DNA of 64,000 bases from Blepharisma stoltei ATCC 30299 (GCA_965603825.1 CBFDEM010000023.1:496001-560000), one strand, 5' to 3'. Numbered from the stretch's first letter, positions 12,197 through 25,058 are shown. Translations and numbers: made by a program. The notes: generated from the letters alone by a model not told the origin.

Positions 12197-14299
12197 ATGA
12201 TCCATATTTCCCGAGCCATAAATAGAAGGTTATTCAGTATGGAAAGACTCAGGCTGACAAACCAACAAGAAGTTGAAGCAACTCTTGCAAGCTTAAATAT
12301 TCCTTTTAAGACAATTCAGCACCCAGAAGTTAAAACAGTCAAAGAGTGCTTAGAGCATACTGGTGTTTTCGCAGGAAAGGTCTTAAAGAATTTATTCTTG
12401 AAAGACAAGAAGGGTAAATTCTACTTAATATCTGCCGTCCACACAACTGAAACTTCCTTCAAAACTCTTGCTAAGAAACTTGGAAGCACTGGAGGAGTGG
12501 TTAGGGAAGCTCCTGAAGAAAAGCTCACAGAACTCCTTGCAGCAGTCCCTGGTGGAGTCTCTCCATTCGCTCTCGCAAATGACCATGAAAAGCAAGTAAA
12601 ATTCGTCCTCGACAAAGAAGTCCTGAACTTGCAGCATATCTTACTACACCCTATGACAAACACTGCTACAACTGAAATCCCAACAGAAGGCCTAAACACA
12701 TTTTTGCATCACATCGGGAGAGATGAGGATACTCTCATAATTGACTTTTCAGCAGTAGAAGAAGAAAAGAAAGAAGAAGCCAAAAAGGCAGCTGCCACTG
12801 AAGAAGAGAAAAAAGATACAACTCTAGGGCTTTCGTGCACCCAAGAAGAAAACTACGCTCAATGGTATAGCGACGTCATCACAAAATCAGGGATGATTGA
12901 GTATTATGACATCTCAGGCTGCTACATATTGAGACCATGGTCATATGAAATATGGGAAAGAATCCAGAACAAATTCGACAAAGAAATCAAAGAGCTTGGT
13001 GTTAAAAACACTTACTTCCCTATGTTTGTATCTGAAGCAGCTCTTAATACAGAAAAAGAGCATGTTAAAGGATTTGCCCCTGAAGTGGCGTGGGTTACTA
13101 AAAACGGTGAAACTCCTCTCAGCGAGCCAATTGCAATCCGCCCGACAAGTGAAACAATCATGTATCCAGCCTTCGCAAAATGGATTAGAAGCCACAGAGA
13201 TCTTCCACTAAAAGTAAATCAATGGTGCAACGTCGTAAGGTGGGAGTTTAAACACCCAACTCCTTTCTTAAGAACTCGTGAATTCTTGTGGCAAGAAGGA
13301 CACACAGCCCATGCAACTTTAGAAGAGGCTGCAGTTGAAGTCAGACAAATTCTTGACCTATATGCTTCAGTCTATGAAGATTTATTAGCAGTTCCAGTCG
13401 TCAAAGGACAGAAAAGTGAGATTGAAAAATTCGCAGGAGGCTATTACACAACCTCAATTGAGACTATGATTCCTTTCAATGGCAGAGGAATCCAAGCTGC
13501 AACTTCTCATTGCTTAGGGCAAAACTTCAGCAAAATGTTTAACATCTGGTTTGAAGATGACTCTAAAGAGAAGAAATTTGTTTGGCAGAACTCCTGGGGT
13601 CTAACCACAAGAACTATTGGAGTTATGGTGATGGTTCATAGTGATAACAAAGGTCTTGTGCTTCCTCCAAGGGTTGCTCCAACACAAGCAGTTATTGTCC
13701 CAATATTTGAAAAGAATAAGGTTGAAGAGGTCTTGAACAAAAGCAGAGAAATTTATGATGAAATTAAAAGGACAGGAGTCAGAGTTGAGCTTGATGATAG
13801 ACAAAACTATAACCCTGGCTGGAAATATAACCATTGGGAACTTAAAGGTGTCCCTATCAGAGTCGAAATTGGAATGAAAGATATTGCAAAATCTCAGGTC
13901 AGAATTGTAAGAAGAGACACTGGGAAGTCAGAGTTTGTTAGCTGGGCTGAGTTGCATACACTTCCGGCTTTACTTGAACAAATACAAGCAGATATGTTGG
14001 CTAAGGCTAAACAAAATTTGGACTCAAGGGTAATTAAGGCTTCAAATTGGGCTGACTTTTTGGTTGCCTTAAACGCTAAGAACTTTGTCCTCACTCCTTG
14101 GTGCCAGAGAAATGAATGTGAAGAAACAGTAAAGCACAGATCAGCAGAAGAAAGTAAGCAGACTGAAGGAGACCACTTAACTGGATCAGCTAAAACATTG
14201 TGCCAACCATTTGAACAGGACCCCATCCAAGAAGGAGAAGCATGCTTCCAATGTGGTGAGCCTGCGAAGCATAGAGCTCTTTGGGGAAGATCTTATTAA
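12197..14299 (+). CDS. ProRS: eukaryote/archaea-type prolyl-tRNA synthetase with N-terminal YbaK/ProX editing domain
   Basis: [21 protein letters not shown] (ProX); [21 protein letters not shown]; RPTSET; [28 protein letters not shown]; WGRSY C-terminus. Confidence 0.95.
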   Translation: MIHISRAINRRLFSMERLRLTNQQEVEATLASLNIPFKTIQHPEVKTVKECLEHTGVFAGKVLKNLFLKDKKGKFYLISAVHTTETSFKTLAKKLGSTGGVVREAPEEKLTELLAAVPGGVSPFALANDHEKQVKFVLDKEVLNLQHILLHPMTNTATTEIPTEGLNTFLHHIGRDEDTLIIDFSAVEEEKKEEAKKAAATEEEKKDTTLGLSCTQEENYAQWYSDVITKSGMIEYYDISGCYILRPWSYEIWERIQNKFDKEIKELGVKNTYFPMFVSEAALNTEKEHVKGFAPEVAWVTKNGETPLSEPIAIRPTSETIMYPAFAKWIRSHRDLPLKVNQWCNVVRWEFKHPTPFLRTREFLWQEGHTAHATLEEAAVEVRQILDLYASVYEDLLAVPVVKGQKSEIEKFAGGYYTTSIETMIPFNGRGIQAATSHCLGQNFSKMFNIWFEDDSKEKKFVWQNSWGLTTRTIGVMVMVHSDNKGLVLPPRVAPTQAVIVPIFEKNKVEEVLNKSREIYDEIKRTGVRVELDDRQNYNPGWKYNHWELKGVPIRVEIGMKDIAKSQVRIVRRDTGKSEFVSWAELHTLPALLEQIQADMLAKAKQNLDSRVIKASNWADFLVALNAKNFVLTPWCQRNECEETVKHRSAEESKQTEGDHLTGSAKTLCQPFEQDPIQEGEACFQCGEPAKHRALWGRSY

Positions 14300-14326
14300 G
14301 AGATAACTTTTTATTAAAAAACTATC

Positions 14327-15481
14327 TTACTTAACTCTTTCATAAAACAGCATATAAGGTTGTGCCCTCAGCACTTCATCTTCAAAGACTTCTCGGACAT
14401 CTACATCTGAACATAGATATCAGACCCCAGAATTAAGCCTATATGTCAAATAATGCCCTCCTAAGCTTCCTCCTAAATGTTCAATAACAGCTCTCAGCTC
14501 ATATTTTACTGTGTTTTGGCTTGGATTTAAACATAGCTTTTTCTGCATTAGTCAATCAATTTCTAAATTTAAGTCAAATTTCATTTGAGCAGTTGATTTC
14601 TGAATGTAGCCTAGTGGACCTTGAACAAGCCATTTGCAATGAATACAAAGAATATCAGGGAATCTTGCAATTTTGTGGCATAAAGATGCTCTTTGTTTCC
14701 TAAAAATCACTATTTCAGCATCATCAACAGATATTCTGCGCTCTAATGATTTTCGTAATGTTTCTACTTTTTTTCAAAAAATTTCTGATGGGAAATGTCT
14801 TTTATCTTTCAAAATTTCTAAGCTTGCTTCAATTGAGCATCTTTGACACTGAAAATCATCAATAATTTCTTCGGTAGACAGAATTTTAAAACTTTCTTCC
14901 AATGAAGGTGTTATAGTAACTGATATATCAAACATTGACTCCAAAGTAAATGATTTGTGTCCGCAAACTGAGCAGGTGACTTCAGTGCTCATAAGGCCAT
15001 GAAAAGGGTTTTTAAGGTTTTCTTCTTTCTCCATGCCATTGAGGTCAGGTATCTTTAGAGATCGCAGAGGCCTCTTATTTACTTCAGATATGCTTTCTTG
15101 GATAACATAAAAAATCTCATGTGAGTCATGCTGCTGCCCAAAATGAGGAAATCTTTGTGAAAGGGAATTCACCAGTGCATTTGGCCTTAAAGTTTCTTTT
15201 CCTTCTTTTAAAAAACGTAAAAATGCTTTTAGCTCTCTCACTATTACATCGTTTGGATCTTTTGACTTTAACCTCACGCTTACTTTTGCTAAAAAATCAA
15301 AAAATGTTTTGCAAGATGACAGACCTTGTAATAGAGAGTTCAAAAAGCATGTGTTTCCTAAATTAAAAATTCCTGATACAGATGGGCCGTTTTCATCACT
15401 TGCAAAAAAAGTGGTTAAGGCAAAAACAAGTAGTGAACCTCCAATTCCTGAAATTATATATCTTGAGGAAGTTGCTCCCAT
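14327..15481 (-). CDS. ubiquitin-specific protease with N-terminal transmembrane anchor (USP30/Ubp16-like), 384 aa
   Basis: Cys box GIFNLGNTCFLNSLLQ; QQHDSHE; after TGA readthrough a His box AVIEHLGGSLGGHYLTYR..W(TGA)YLCSD..PYMLFYER; stop TAA 14327-14329. Confidence 0.88.
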
Positions 15482-15565
15482 GGTCGAATTGAGGGATTAT
15501 AAAAATAAAATAATATATTTTTTATTCGATTTTATTTGGGTAAAAGCATTATTCTAGCCTCTATT

Positions 15566-16711
15566 TTATTCTAGATAGCTTAAAATTTCATCCCATCTCT
15601 GTTTTAACTTTTTTTGATGCAGCATAGAAATTGCTGAATTCACCGCATTCTTCAGCCTTTCTCTCTGTTTTAGATCTGATTCTAGTGCTGCTGTTCTAAG
15701 AACATAGCATCCATAAGGGCAGTTTAGAAGGCTTAGCATTTTGTCGTCTGCAATAAGCTCATTGATAATTTCTTCCCTCATCCTTTCTTCCTTCATACAC
15801 TTTTCCATCACATTTGACGAGTATTTTTGATTGCAAAGTTGCGCCACTTTGCCTCTAATACAATTGATTATTTGAAATGAGCACTCCTCTTGCCATTGAT
15901 CAATCATATGTTGAAGAGCATAATTTCCATATGGATCCTGCATCAAAACTAAAGCGTGGCTTAATAGTTCGCTAAAAATTTGAGGATCATTGATGCATTT
16001 TTTAATCACGCATAGCCCAAGTTTGTCTATTGCAAGCTCCCTGACATGTCCCAAAATTTCTCTGATAATAAAATGTTTATTTTTTAATGTCGCCAATAAC
16101 CGTTGAATAACATGGGATCCATTTGTTTCTAATGACAGTTCTATTATATGTCCTTGCAAAGCCCTTTGATAACAAAGCTCTTCTTCTGGTAGGCTTGCAA
16201 GAGTGATAGCTGTTTGTAGAGCATGAGTGCCTCGGGGGTTCCTTGATACTCTTATAATGTCATCTTTCAGCCGAGTTAATAGATAAAGCCTTTGAGTTGA
16301 TGAGCAGCTTTGAAATAAAGTTTGGCACATATAGTTTCCGTATAAATCAGTCATTATTTCCCCAAGGTGTGGTGAAACAACATTCACGATTTGCTCAATT
16401 TCTTCTGGCCGACTCTTGGCAATATATTGCTGAATTTTTTTGCTACCTGTTTTTGTCCTACAGAGAAACGGTAAGCTGCTAATATTTATAGAAAAATCGG
16501 AGACAGAATCGATATCGCCACTATAAGAAAGAGCTGGATCTTCGTCTAATATATCATTAAAACACTGAGAAACTGATGTGTGCACGATATTGTATCGAGA
16601 ATCGCTGTTGTTGGATTCATTTGAGATGCTCCAGCTTCTACTAATCAAGTCATCAGAAATTGTGCCGCTACGAGCTTTTTCAGGGAATTTGTATTTTTTC
16701 TTGGGCTCCAT
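15566..16711 (-). CDS. Pumilio/PUF-family RNA-binding protein
   Basis: PUF repeats DLYGNYMCQ, RGTHALQ, NGSHVIQ, DPYGNYALQ, QKYSSNVMEK, PYGCYVLR. Confidence 0.9.
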   Translation of the reverse strand: MEPKKKYKFPEKARSGTISDDLISRSWSISNESNNSDSRYNIVHTSVSQCFNDILDEDPALSYSGDIDSVSDFSINISSLPFLCRTKTGSKKIQQYIAKSRPEEIEQIVNVVSPHLGEIMTDLYGNYMCQTLFQSCSSTQRLYLLTRLKDDIIRVSRNPRGTHALQTAITLASLPEEELCYQRALQGHIIELSLETNGSHVIQRLLATLKNKHFIIREILGHVRELAIDKLGLCVIKKCINDPQIFSELLSHALVLMQDPYGNYALQHMIDQWQEECSFQIINCIRGKVAQLCNQKYSSNVMEKCMKEERMREEIINELIADDKMLSLLNCPYGCYVLRTAALESDLKQRERLKNAVNSAISMLHQKKLKQRWDEILSYLE

Positions 16712-17136
16712 TAATTATTAATAATGATGAAACGAACAGCTATTTAAAATTTTAATTATTTATATATGAAAATTTGTTTAAGGCTTCTGATGTTTTATGG
16801 TCATTTTTTCTTGTGATTTTAGCTGAAAATAGGGCATTTTATTAATATGATAGTGATTGCTTTGGAAGATTATTTTGCATTTTATTTAGCAAGATTTAGG
16901 TTAATGATATTATTTTTCTTTCATAATTTAAATGTTAGAATTAATTAACTCTGAACAAAATAAATTTTACTAAATTTCTAAAACCTACTAATTTCTTTTT
17001 CTATATAATATTTTCAAAACTTTCTTTTTATATTTAATAGTTCCAAACTTTTATAGAGCTTCTAACTTGCAGTTTTCTTTCATTCCTTCTAAACTTCTCT
17101 TACAAATTTTTGATTTTTAACTATTAAAATATTTAA

Positions 17137-17610
17137 ATGGATTTTCAAGATCGCCTATCAGGAACTCCTCTTTATGCCCACGAATCCCTAGAAGAGCTCT
17201 ATCAGAATATAGATCAAGAAGTACTAAAAACATCAATGGAAGCAGGATCTTCAAAATCATACTCTCAAGCAGGTCAAAGAACAAAAAAATCAGTCAGGCC
17301 AGGCATTCGAACCCTTCAAAGCAAGTACTTATCAAAGCGTCATCGCTTCTTCAAAGCAGCAGTCAGAGAAGAATGTGTTGAACAAGCCCTTGAAATAATT
17401 GAGCACAAACTAAAAGAACTAGTTGAGCAATATAATGGAGATCTGCATGTATGCAAGGTATCAGGAAACAGTGATATTACAGCATATTTTATAGTTAACG
17501 ATGAAGTGACTAGTAACATCTGGGCAAAAGAATTAGAAGATGTAATTGCTGGGTATTTGAAACCAGGGACAAAACCATCATTACTTGAAATGATGAATTT
17601 GAAAGAATAA
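17137..17610 (+). CDS. hypothetical protein (157 aa)
   Basis: Clean ATG..TAA ORF between AT-rich spacers. Confidence 0.65.
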   Translation: MDFQDRLSGTPLYAHESLEELYQNIDQEVLKTSMEAGSSKSYSQAGQRTKKSVRPGIRTLQSKYLSKRHRFFKAAVREECVEQALEIIEHKLKELVEQYNGDLHVCKVSGNSDITAYFIVNDEVTSNIWAKELEDVIAGYLKPGTKPSLLEMMNLKE

Positions 17611-17725
17611 AATAAATAAAATTTTATATACAAATATTTTAAGCAAATCTTTCCTAGGAAATTTCCAATTTTTTGGCATTAAAGTTGATCCTTTATCTAG
17701 CAATGAATATTGAGAAAATTTTTAA

Positions 17726-20474
17726 ATGGAATCTGCATTAGCAAAAACACTTCAAGATTATGTCCCCTTAATCTTTAAGCATCAAAAAGCATACTCAGAT
17801 GTTGATAGAGACAGAATAAATACCTTTAATATAATCCAAGAATCAGACCCTTTCAGATTTGAGCATGGAGGAATGCTGGTTTACGATTCAAAAGCATTAA
17901 TGACTTCTTTGCATAACCATTCATTGGAGAAACATTTATCCCATTCAGAAAGCCCAAAACGACTTTCAAAGCATATGAGAAATGAACTTAATAAAGCATA
18001 TAATTCAGGTATATTTCAATATAGACATTGACGCATACTGCAGGATGAAAAGTTATGGACCGTCCCCTACTTTTGAGCCTGAGTATGCTTTAAGAATCCC
18101 TGATGACAAAGTAACACTGAAATTTAACAGCAAATTTGAGTCTGGGAATCTTTATAAGGCTGTTAAGCTCACTGACTATGAATATCTTTTATTTTTGAAC
18201 TCTGATATTGGCAGCTCTGCTCATAATCATTGATACTATTTTTCTGTGTGAAACCCACGAAAAACTTCTATTACATTTAAAATCACAAATATGCTGAAAG
18301 ATGACAAACTTTATAACAGTGGGATGAAGCCAGCAGTTTTATCAACAAAATCAGCTAAAGAAAATGGATCAGGCTGGCAGAGAGATTGCCTTAACATATC
18401 ATATACAGAAAATGTAGATAGTAAAAATTCTTTGGCCTTTTATGCAAGGAGAAAATACTATACCTTGAGTTTTACGTATAGGTGAAAATATGAAAATGAC
18501 CTTGTATATTTTGCTTACTCAATACCTTATACATACTCTGAGTTAAGCCAGCACCTTTCATATATCAAAGAAAACCATAAAAATATAGCCAGAGTAAATC
18601 CTTTATGCACATCACTTTGTGGAAATATATGTGAAATGCTGACTATCACTGAAAATATTGCAACATATTATAGCTTTGAAGATGAAGCAAATGAATGAGG
18701 GGTCAGTGTTGGAGGAAGAAAACTTTCAAAGCTTAAGCTAATAAGACAGGAAAGTATAAATAAGCCAAATGATAAAGCACGAGCTAATCAAGATCATAAG
18801 AAAAAGAAAGGAATAGTACTTACTGCCAGAGTTCATAGCGGAGAAACAGTTTCATCATTTATGATGAGAGGCGCAATTAATTTTTTATTAAGTGATGCAA
18901 GGATTGCTAAATCTCTTCGGAAACATTTTGTGTTCAAAATCATTCCAATGCTTAATCCTGATGGAGTCCGCTATGGAAACTCTAGATGCTCTCTTCTCGG
19001 GGTAGATTTGAACAGACGGTGATTAAGTCCTAATAAAATTTTACACCCAACGATTTTTTATGCAAAAAAAATGATTGAGGTTTTTAAAGAAAAGCATGAA
19101 TTAATGATGTTTTGTGATATGCATGGACATGGAAAAAAGAAAAATGTGTTTATGTACGGGTGTGGAGTCAAAAGCTATGATATGATCGATATGAGGAGAA
19201 ATTTGCTGGCAAAAGTTATACCTCATTTACTTAATAAGAAAAATTCGCTATTTAGCTATAATGATTCGAGGTTCAGATGTGAAAAATCGAAGGTTACTAC
19301 TGCAAGAATTGTGGTGTATTCTCAATTTGAAGTTTCTCATTCTTATACAATGGAGGCGTCATTTTTTGGTCCAAAAAATCCACGAGCATTAGGCGAATCG
19401 TCTTCAGGCGATTCTCATATGAATGAGTCTCATTTAGAAACTTTAGGAAGAGATTTGTGCAAGTTATGCTTGATTTTTACCTCAAATAGAGTTTATATGC
19501 AAAGAGTTAGAAATACAAATGAATTTCTAAGGAGAATTTTATTCAATCGTCTAAAATCACTAAATAAACCGCAAAATCTAGAAGTAGAAGAAACTAAAAC
19601 AATAGAAAGCTCAGAGTCGCCTGATTTGATAAACGAAGTGGAAGAGGGTAAATTAGAAGAGGAAGATGATTTAGGAGACATAATAAACTTAAAAAGCGCA
19701 ACCATAGATGAACATTTTTGGCAGCCTCTTGATATTGTCGACTTGCCTGAAGATGAAAGTGACAGTGGAGGAAGCGATTCTTCTCCGAGTGAAGCTGAGC
19801 ATGAAACTGAGCATCTTGCAATAATTCGAGCTCAAAACAATAAAGGCCGTAATCTTAATTCTCCGATCATAAATATTCAAGATGATTTCAAAATGCCAGG
19901 CAAAGACAAATGCAACATAACTCCTTTGCCTGCGCAAACTCCTACTATGCTTAAAGACCTTACTGAAGCCACCAACATAAGAAAAGTTCAATCTTTTCAA
20001 AAAAACTTGAATAGGGATATTACAAAGCCAAAACAAAGAGAAGAAGCAATAAAAGTTTTTCCTTCAGACTCTACAAATGGCCAATGCAATATCAACAGAT
20101 CAAATATCATATTCAATGAGCCCTTTTGTATAAATAACAGCAGACCAATTAATTTCACAAATGAATTAGCATATCCTAGGTTCAATGAAGATGAATATTT
20201 TAATAATTCCAGAAGATCTTATGAAAAAGAGGTTAAAGTTAATATAATTAGGGAGGAGTATCTCCCTAAAAGCAAGACAAAAAATCGTCCAAAAAAGCAG
20301 CTTTCTACAAAACTTGATCCTTTTTCAGATGAAAGAAGATTGCCTTTTATATATAACCCTGAAAAAAAGTTTGCAAATAAATTTATTTTGAAAAGCAATG
20401 AAAAAACAAAAGTTAGTGATCTATCATATACAACTAAAGACTTTTGGAATAATTTCAGCGCCACTAAGCGCTAA
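17726..20474 (+). CDS. cytosolic carboxypeptidase (CCP/AGBL, M14D tubulin deglutamylase family), ~910 aa
   Basis: [10 protein letters not shown]; HNHW(TGA)YYF; FAYSIPYTY; TARVHSGE; IPMLNPDGV; DLNRRW(TGA); DMHGH; YTMEASF. One 16-nt intron and 5 in-frame TGA. Confidence 0.92.
18009..18024 (+). other. 16-nt spliceosomal intron
   Basis: GTATATTTCAATATAG; removal joins the frames of ORFs 17726 and 17982. Confidence 0.85.
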
Positions 20475-20623
20475 ATCATTACATGAAACTCCTTATCATT
20501 AACTGTAAATTTATGATTATATTTATAATGACTATTAATCAAATTCCATATTTTATTGCGTTAAATTTATAAAATGCTATTTTTGCAATAGCCCATTTTC
20601 ATTTTAAGTGCATATAGTTATAA

Positions 20624-23600
20624 ATGGAGGATGAATTTGATAATGATAAACATAATGAATCTTTTGGAGATTCTCGTATCAACCAAACTAGAACTTCTAT
20701 AATCACATTTAATCGAAGAACAGTAACAATAGAAGAAGATATCAGCAAAAACCCAGAATTAGCAGATTCAGAAGATTTAAATGGTAATTTTAAACTTAGA
20801 ACTTAAAAAAGTCATAAGTCAGCCTGATTCAATTGTAAATATGCCTTTAAGACTACTTCTGAAGATTACTGGGACTTTATTTCAAATTGCATTAACTGTA
20901 TTTTCATGTATTATTTATGTTACTGGAACCTATTACAGTGACAGCAGTGGCGTGTTTTCTACACTTGAAATTGTGATTGCGCTTCTTTTTACTGTAGATT
21001 ATCTTTGAGGATTTGTAAATGCAAAAGACAAAAAAAAGTTCATGCTGAAGCCGCTTAATTTAATTGATTTGGCCGTTGTTCTTCCTATTTTTATTTCACT
21101 TGTGGGGGTAATTTATATTCAGAACTCAAATAATGCTGATACAGTTTCAGTCACAAAATTATTCAGAGTAATTCGAGTTGTCAGAGTCTTAAGGTTGTAT
21201 AGAATTTTTACTGTATTTATTACTTAGACTACTGTAGATCCAAAAACATTGATAGAAAGGCCGCTTTTTGTAGCTTCTGATGTCACTCGACAAATTTTGA
21301 TTGCAATAATTTCAGTGTTTTCTTTAATTTTTATTTCAGCAGGAATTGTATTTACACTTCAGCAGACATCGAGCTTTAATATATCACTTCCAGTTGTAGG
21401 TGAAACAATGACTTTTGACAAGGCGTTTTATTATATTATTATTACAACTGGTACTGTTGGATATGGGGATATGGCACCAACAACTAATCTTGCAAGAGCT
21501 TTTATTGGAATTTTTATTATTGTGGCTGTTATTATAATGACTCAGCAAACATCAAGATTAGGAGAATTAATTAAAAGAAGCTCTCCTTATAAAACGCCAT
21601 ATAAAACAGATCCTGGAAAACATGTAGTCGTTTCTGGAACTTTTAATGGAATTACTTTATATAGGTTTTTAAGAGAATTTTATCATCCAGACCATGACAT
21701 GCCAATGAAAAAATGTAAAATTTTAATTGTGAGAAATGAACAGCCATCAAAAGAAATTCTTTCCATATTGAATCATCCTCTATACGAAGAAGCAGTTAGC
21801 TATTTAGAAGCTGATTTTATGAACGAACAAACCCTAATTGACGCTGCAGTTTCCATAAGTAAAGGCGTATTTATCCTAACCAATCAATATCAAGATGATA
21901 TTGGAGCTAGCGATACTTACGCAATTCTAGCATCAAGTGCCGTTAAAGAGCACTCAAACGAGATCCCAGTGTTTTTACAATTAATTAGACCCGACCTCTT
22001 AATTCACCACTATTGAGCTGGCTGGGAAACTGGATTCAGTTCATGAAAACTGAAGCTGTGTATGTTAGCTGCCAATGTATTTATTCCTGGCTTCAGCACT
22101 TTAATGTCGAATCTAGTCACATCAAGCACAAATACCATGAAAAAGGAAGCTGAAAATAACCATTGGCTTTACGAATACATGATGGGATTATCAAACGAAG
22201 TTTATTTGACTCCTTTCCCCAAGCATATTTATGGAGAAAAATTTTCAGAAATTGCCAAAAATCTTTATCTAAAGCATAATTCCTTACTCATTGGTGTTCA
22301 AACCAAAATGGCAGACCCAGAAACATTGGAAATTCATTATGAAATTTTATTAAATCCTACTGAATATCAGATCCAAGAAGACGATAACGCGTTTATCATT
22401 GCTGCTGATATAGAAGATGCCAGAGGTATTGAAGACAGTACAATTACTGAAGTCCATGTTCCTGTATTTAGCGACGAAATATATGCTGAATTTTCTCAAT
22501 TTAAAACTCCAATAACAAAAAAGAGCGTCTGCAGAGACCTTGAAGAAAAGCATTTGATAATGTGGGAGCATGATTTAAGAGGCTCATTGTGGGATCATAT
22601 TTTAATATTCGGAAGAATTGAACATTTGGAAATATTTTTAGATATTTTTACAAAAATCACAGAGCAGACTATATGCTATGTGTCAGATCAGCCTCCAGAT
22701 GAGCGATGAGAAAGGATTAATCAGTCATATAAAGAAGCTTTTTATCTAGAGTGCTCTTTAATTGATGTAGAAGAGCTGTCACATACAGCTATAAATTTTG
22801 CCTATCATGTAATTCTTTTAAGTACAAGAATTTCAGGCTCAGCTATGGATGATAGCGGAATCTTACCTATCGTCAATATTATTGAAGGAAATTTTAGCTG
22901 TAAATTCACAGTTGAATTAGTTGATGAAATCAATATGAAATACCTCGAAAAAAAGCCATCAATTGAGCTTGAATCAATGCCTTTCATCACTTGGCCAAGA
23001 TATGCAGCTTCTCACGTATTTCTTTCAAGTACCTTAGATTACATTATCGCTCAAGGCTTTCATAATAACTATATCATTGATCTAATCCAAAGACTAATAA
23101 TTTATGAAGATATTTATGCAGAAACTGGGATTGATGAAAACTATCAAATAAATTCAATTGACCTCCCTATCTCTTTGAGTGGGAGAATCACATTTGGAGA
23201 AATATTCATATATTTCATAAATCTGCCGAGACCAGTCATCGCATTAGGAATATACCGTGGCGTTGGATATCTAAACAACGAAGTTCCATATGTCTATACA
23301 AAGCCGGATCCAAATACTCCACTTTTTGAAAATGATAAAATCTTCGTCATGGGAGAATTAAATAATCGCGAAAATAGCCCTTTCCTTCAAGATGTCAGAA
23401 GAAAAAAGCGAAAAGACACGATCATTGACCTCGGCAGAAAGAAATCACTCACTAAAGCAGCCCAAAGCTTGCTTGTAAGAAAAGAAACTGCGGCCGAGAA
23501 CGCAATCAAACTAATAGAAGAAGAAGATAAGGACCCAAACCAAATGCTTGAAGACGAAGTTATCATGGAGATGGTCAGAAACTTCCTCTGCAAAACTAGA

Positions 23601-23753
23601 AACGAAAGAGATATAATAAGGGTACTTTTTATTTAGAAACAAAATGAAACTCTGCTAAATCTCGCCAACGAGTACTCCTCAGTCCAAAAACTCCTTTTAG
23701 GCTTCAACTCAGCTGAACTCGACTCTTCTTCAAAATCCCTTGAAAGCCCTTAA
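20624..23753 (+). CDS. Slo/BK-family potassium channel with two RCK domains (~1027 aa, three tiny introns)
   Basis: S4 LFRVIRVVRVLRLYR; filter TGTVGYGD; KHVVVSG..FLREFYHPDH (RCK1); MLAANVFIPGFSTLMSNL; EYMMGLSNEVY; IALGIYR. Confidence 0.92.
20784..20799 (+). other. 16-nt spliceosomal intron
   Basis: GTAATTTTAAACTTAG; removal repairs the frameshift between ORFs 20624 and 20781. Confidence 0.85.
21213..21227 (+). other. 15-nt spliceosomal intron
   Basis: GTATTTATTACTTAG; in-frame TAG between S4 and S5. Confidence 0.88.
23622..23636 (+). other. 15-nt spliceosomal intron
   Basis: GTACTTTTTATTTAG; the frame continues 38 codons afterwards. Confidence 0.75.
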
Positions 23754-23798
23754 TGTAATTTTTAGTATTTTCTATCACTTGTACAATTAATTAAATAA

Positions 23799-25058
23799 AT
23801 GGACCCTTCACCTCCATTCAAGCGACTTCCTGAGCCTCAAGAAGAGGACAAACTTTTGAAAAGAGCCCGTGTTGACCCGAAGTCCAACACTGAGTATGAG
23901 CCGACTCGGGTTCTTTTTATTCGCGGTCTGAATCAAAATGTAAAAGAAAAAGATGTAGTTGATCTTTGTTCTCAGGTCGGAGTTGTTGAACAAGTGTTTT
24001 TGCTTCGTAATAAAGGTCAAGCTTTCGTTGAATTTGATTCGCTTGAGGCTGCTGATTTTTGTCTGCTGCACTTTTCGAGAGCCCCTGCATTTTTGAATGG
24101 GAATCGGCTCTTTTTTTCATATTCAGGCAGACAAGTGATTACTCGGAAGCCTCATGAGCCTGCACAGCCGTCTAAAGAACTGCTTCTTACGATTACTCAA
24201 GCCCGCTACCCTGTCACTGTTGATGTCATTGGGAAAATCTTGATACCATATGGCAGAGTGGTCAAAACTCGGATCTTCCCGAGGAATTTTGGATACCAGT
24301 GCATAATTGAAATGGATTCTTTAGAATCTGCCACTGCTGCTAGAGCTGCTTTGGATGGTCAGCATATATACAGCGGATGCAACTTAATCAAGGCGGAATA
24401 TAGCCCTATGACATTGCTTGTACAAGACAAAGGGGAACTTGAAGAGGAAGAAGAAAAAAGTTTAAATGAAGAAGATATCAGTAACGTCGTTTTTCTACAT
24501 AACATGGCTGATAAAGTTACACCTGATATGCTTTTCAACTTATTTTCTTTATATGGAAACGTTTTACGAGTCAAAATTTTCTTTAAACGAAGGGATATGG
24601 GGCTTGTCCAGTTTGAAGATCACCAGCAAGCTGTTTTAGCAATTAACAACCTGAATAACTTGCCTTTTATGGGCCAAACGCTTCTAGTTTCTATTTCACG
24701 CAACAGTTTTATTAATATGCCTTCTAGCGAGAGGAAAGCAGCTTTATGCAAAGATTTTGGAAACTCAGCTTTTCAACGTTTTAAAATTGCAGGGTCGAAG
24801 AACTTTCAAAATATATTCCCGCCTTCAAATATTTTGCATTTGTCTAACCTATCTGAAAATATGGATGAGCACTTTTTTAGAAATCTGTTTGCGGAACAAG
24901 CAGAATTAGTTGGTCTTAAATATATAGGTGAGGGCAGACGAATGGCACTTGCTAAATTCAAGAGTATTGCTGATGCAGTCATGGTTCTTGTTTATCATCA
25001 TAACGAAAATCTTAACGGCCGGCTGTTGAAAATCGCTTTTTCTAAAGCAAACTTTTAG
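23799..25058 (+). CDS. PTBP: polypyrimidine tract-binding protein / hnRNP L family, 4 RRMs
   Basis: KGQAFVEF; YPVTVDV..LDGQHIYSGCNLI; VTPDMLFNLFSLYGNVLRVKI; KNFQNIFPPSNILHLSNL; LKIAFSK. Confidence 0.9.
   Translation: MDPSPPFKRLPEPQEEDKLLKRARVDPKSNTEYEPTRVLFIRGLNQNVKEKDVVDLCSQVGVVEQVFLLRNKGQAFVEFDSLEAADFCLLHFSRAPAFLNGNRLFFSYSGRQVITRKPHEPAQPSKELLLTITQARYPVTVDVIGKILIPYGRVVKTRIFPRNFGYQCIIEMDSLESATAARAALDGQHIYSGCNLIKAEYSPMTLLVQDKGELEEEEEKSLNEEDISNVVFLHNMADKVTPDMLFNLFSLYGNVLRVKIFFKRRDMGLVQFEDHQQAVLAINNLNNLPFMGQTLLVSISRNSFINMPSSERKAALCKDFGNSAFQRFKIAGSKNFQNIFPPSNILHLSNLSENMDEHFFRNLFAEQAELVGLKYIGEGRRMALAKFKSIADAVMVLVYHHNENLNGRLLKIAFSKANF

Noticed and set aside
17726-23753. Fragmented ORFs suggesting pseudogenes, selenoproteins or programmed frameshifts
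   Set aside because: All breaks are explained by TGA at Trp-conserved (not Cys) positions and by 15-16 nt introns
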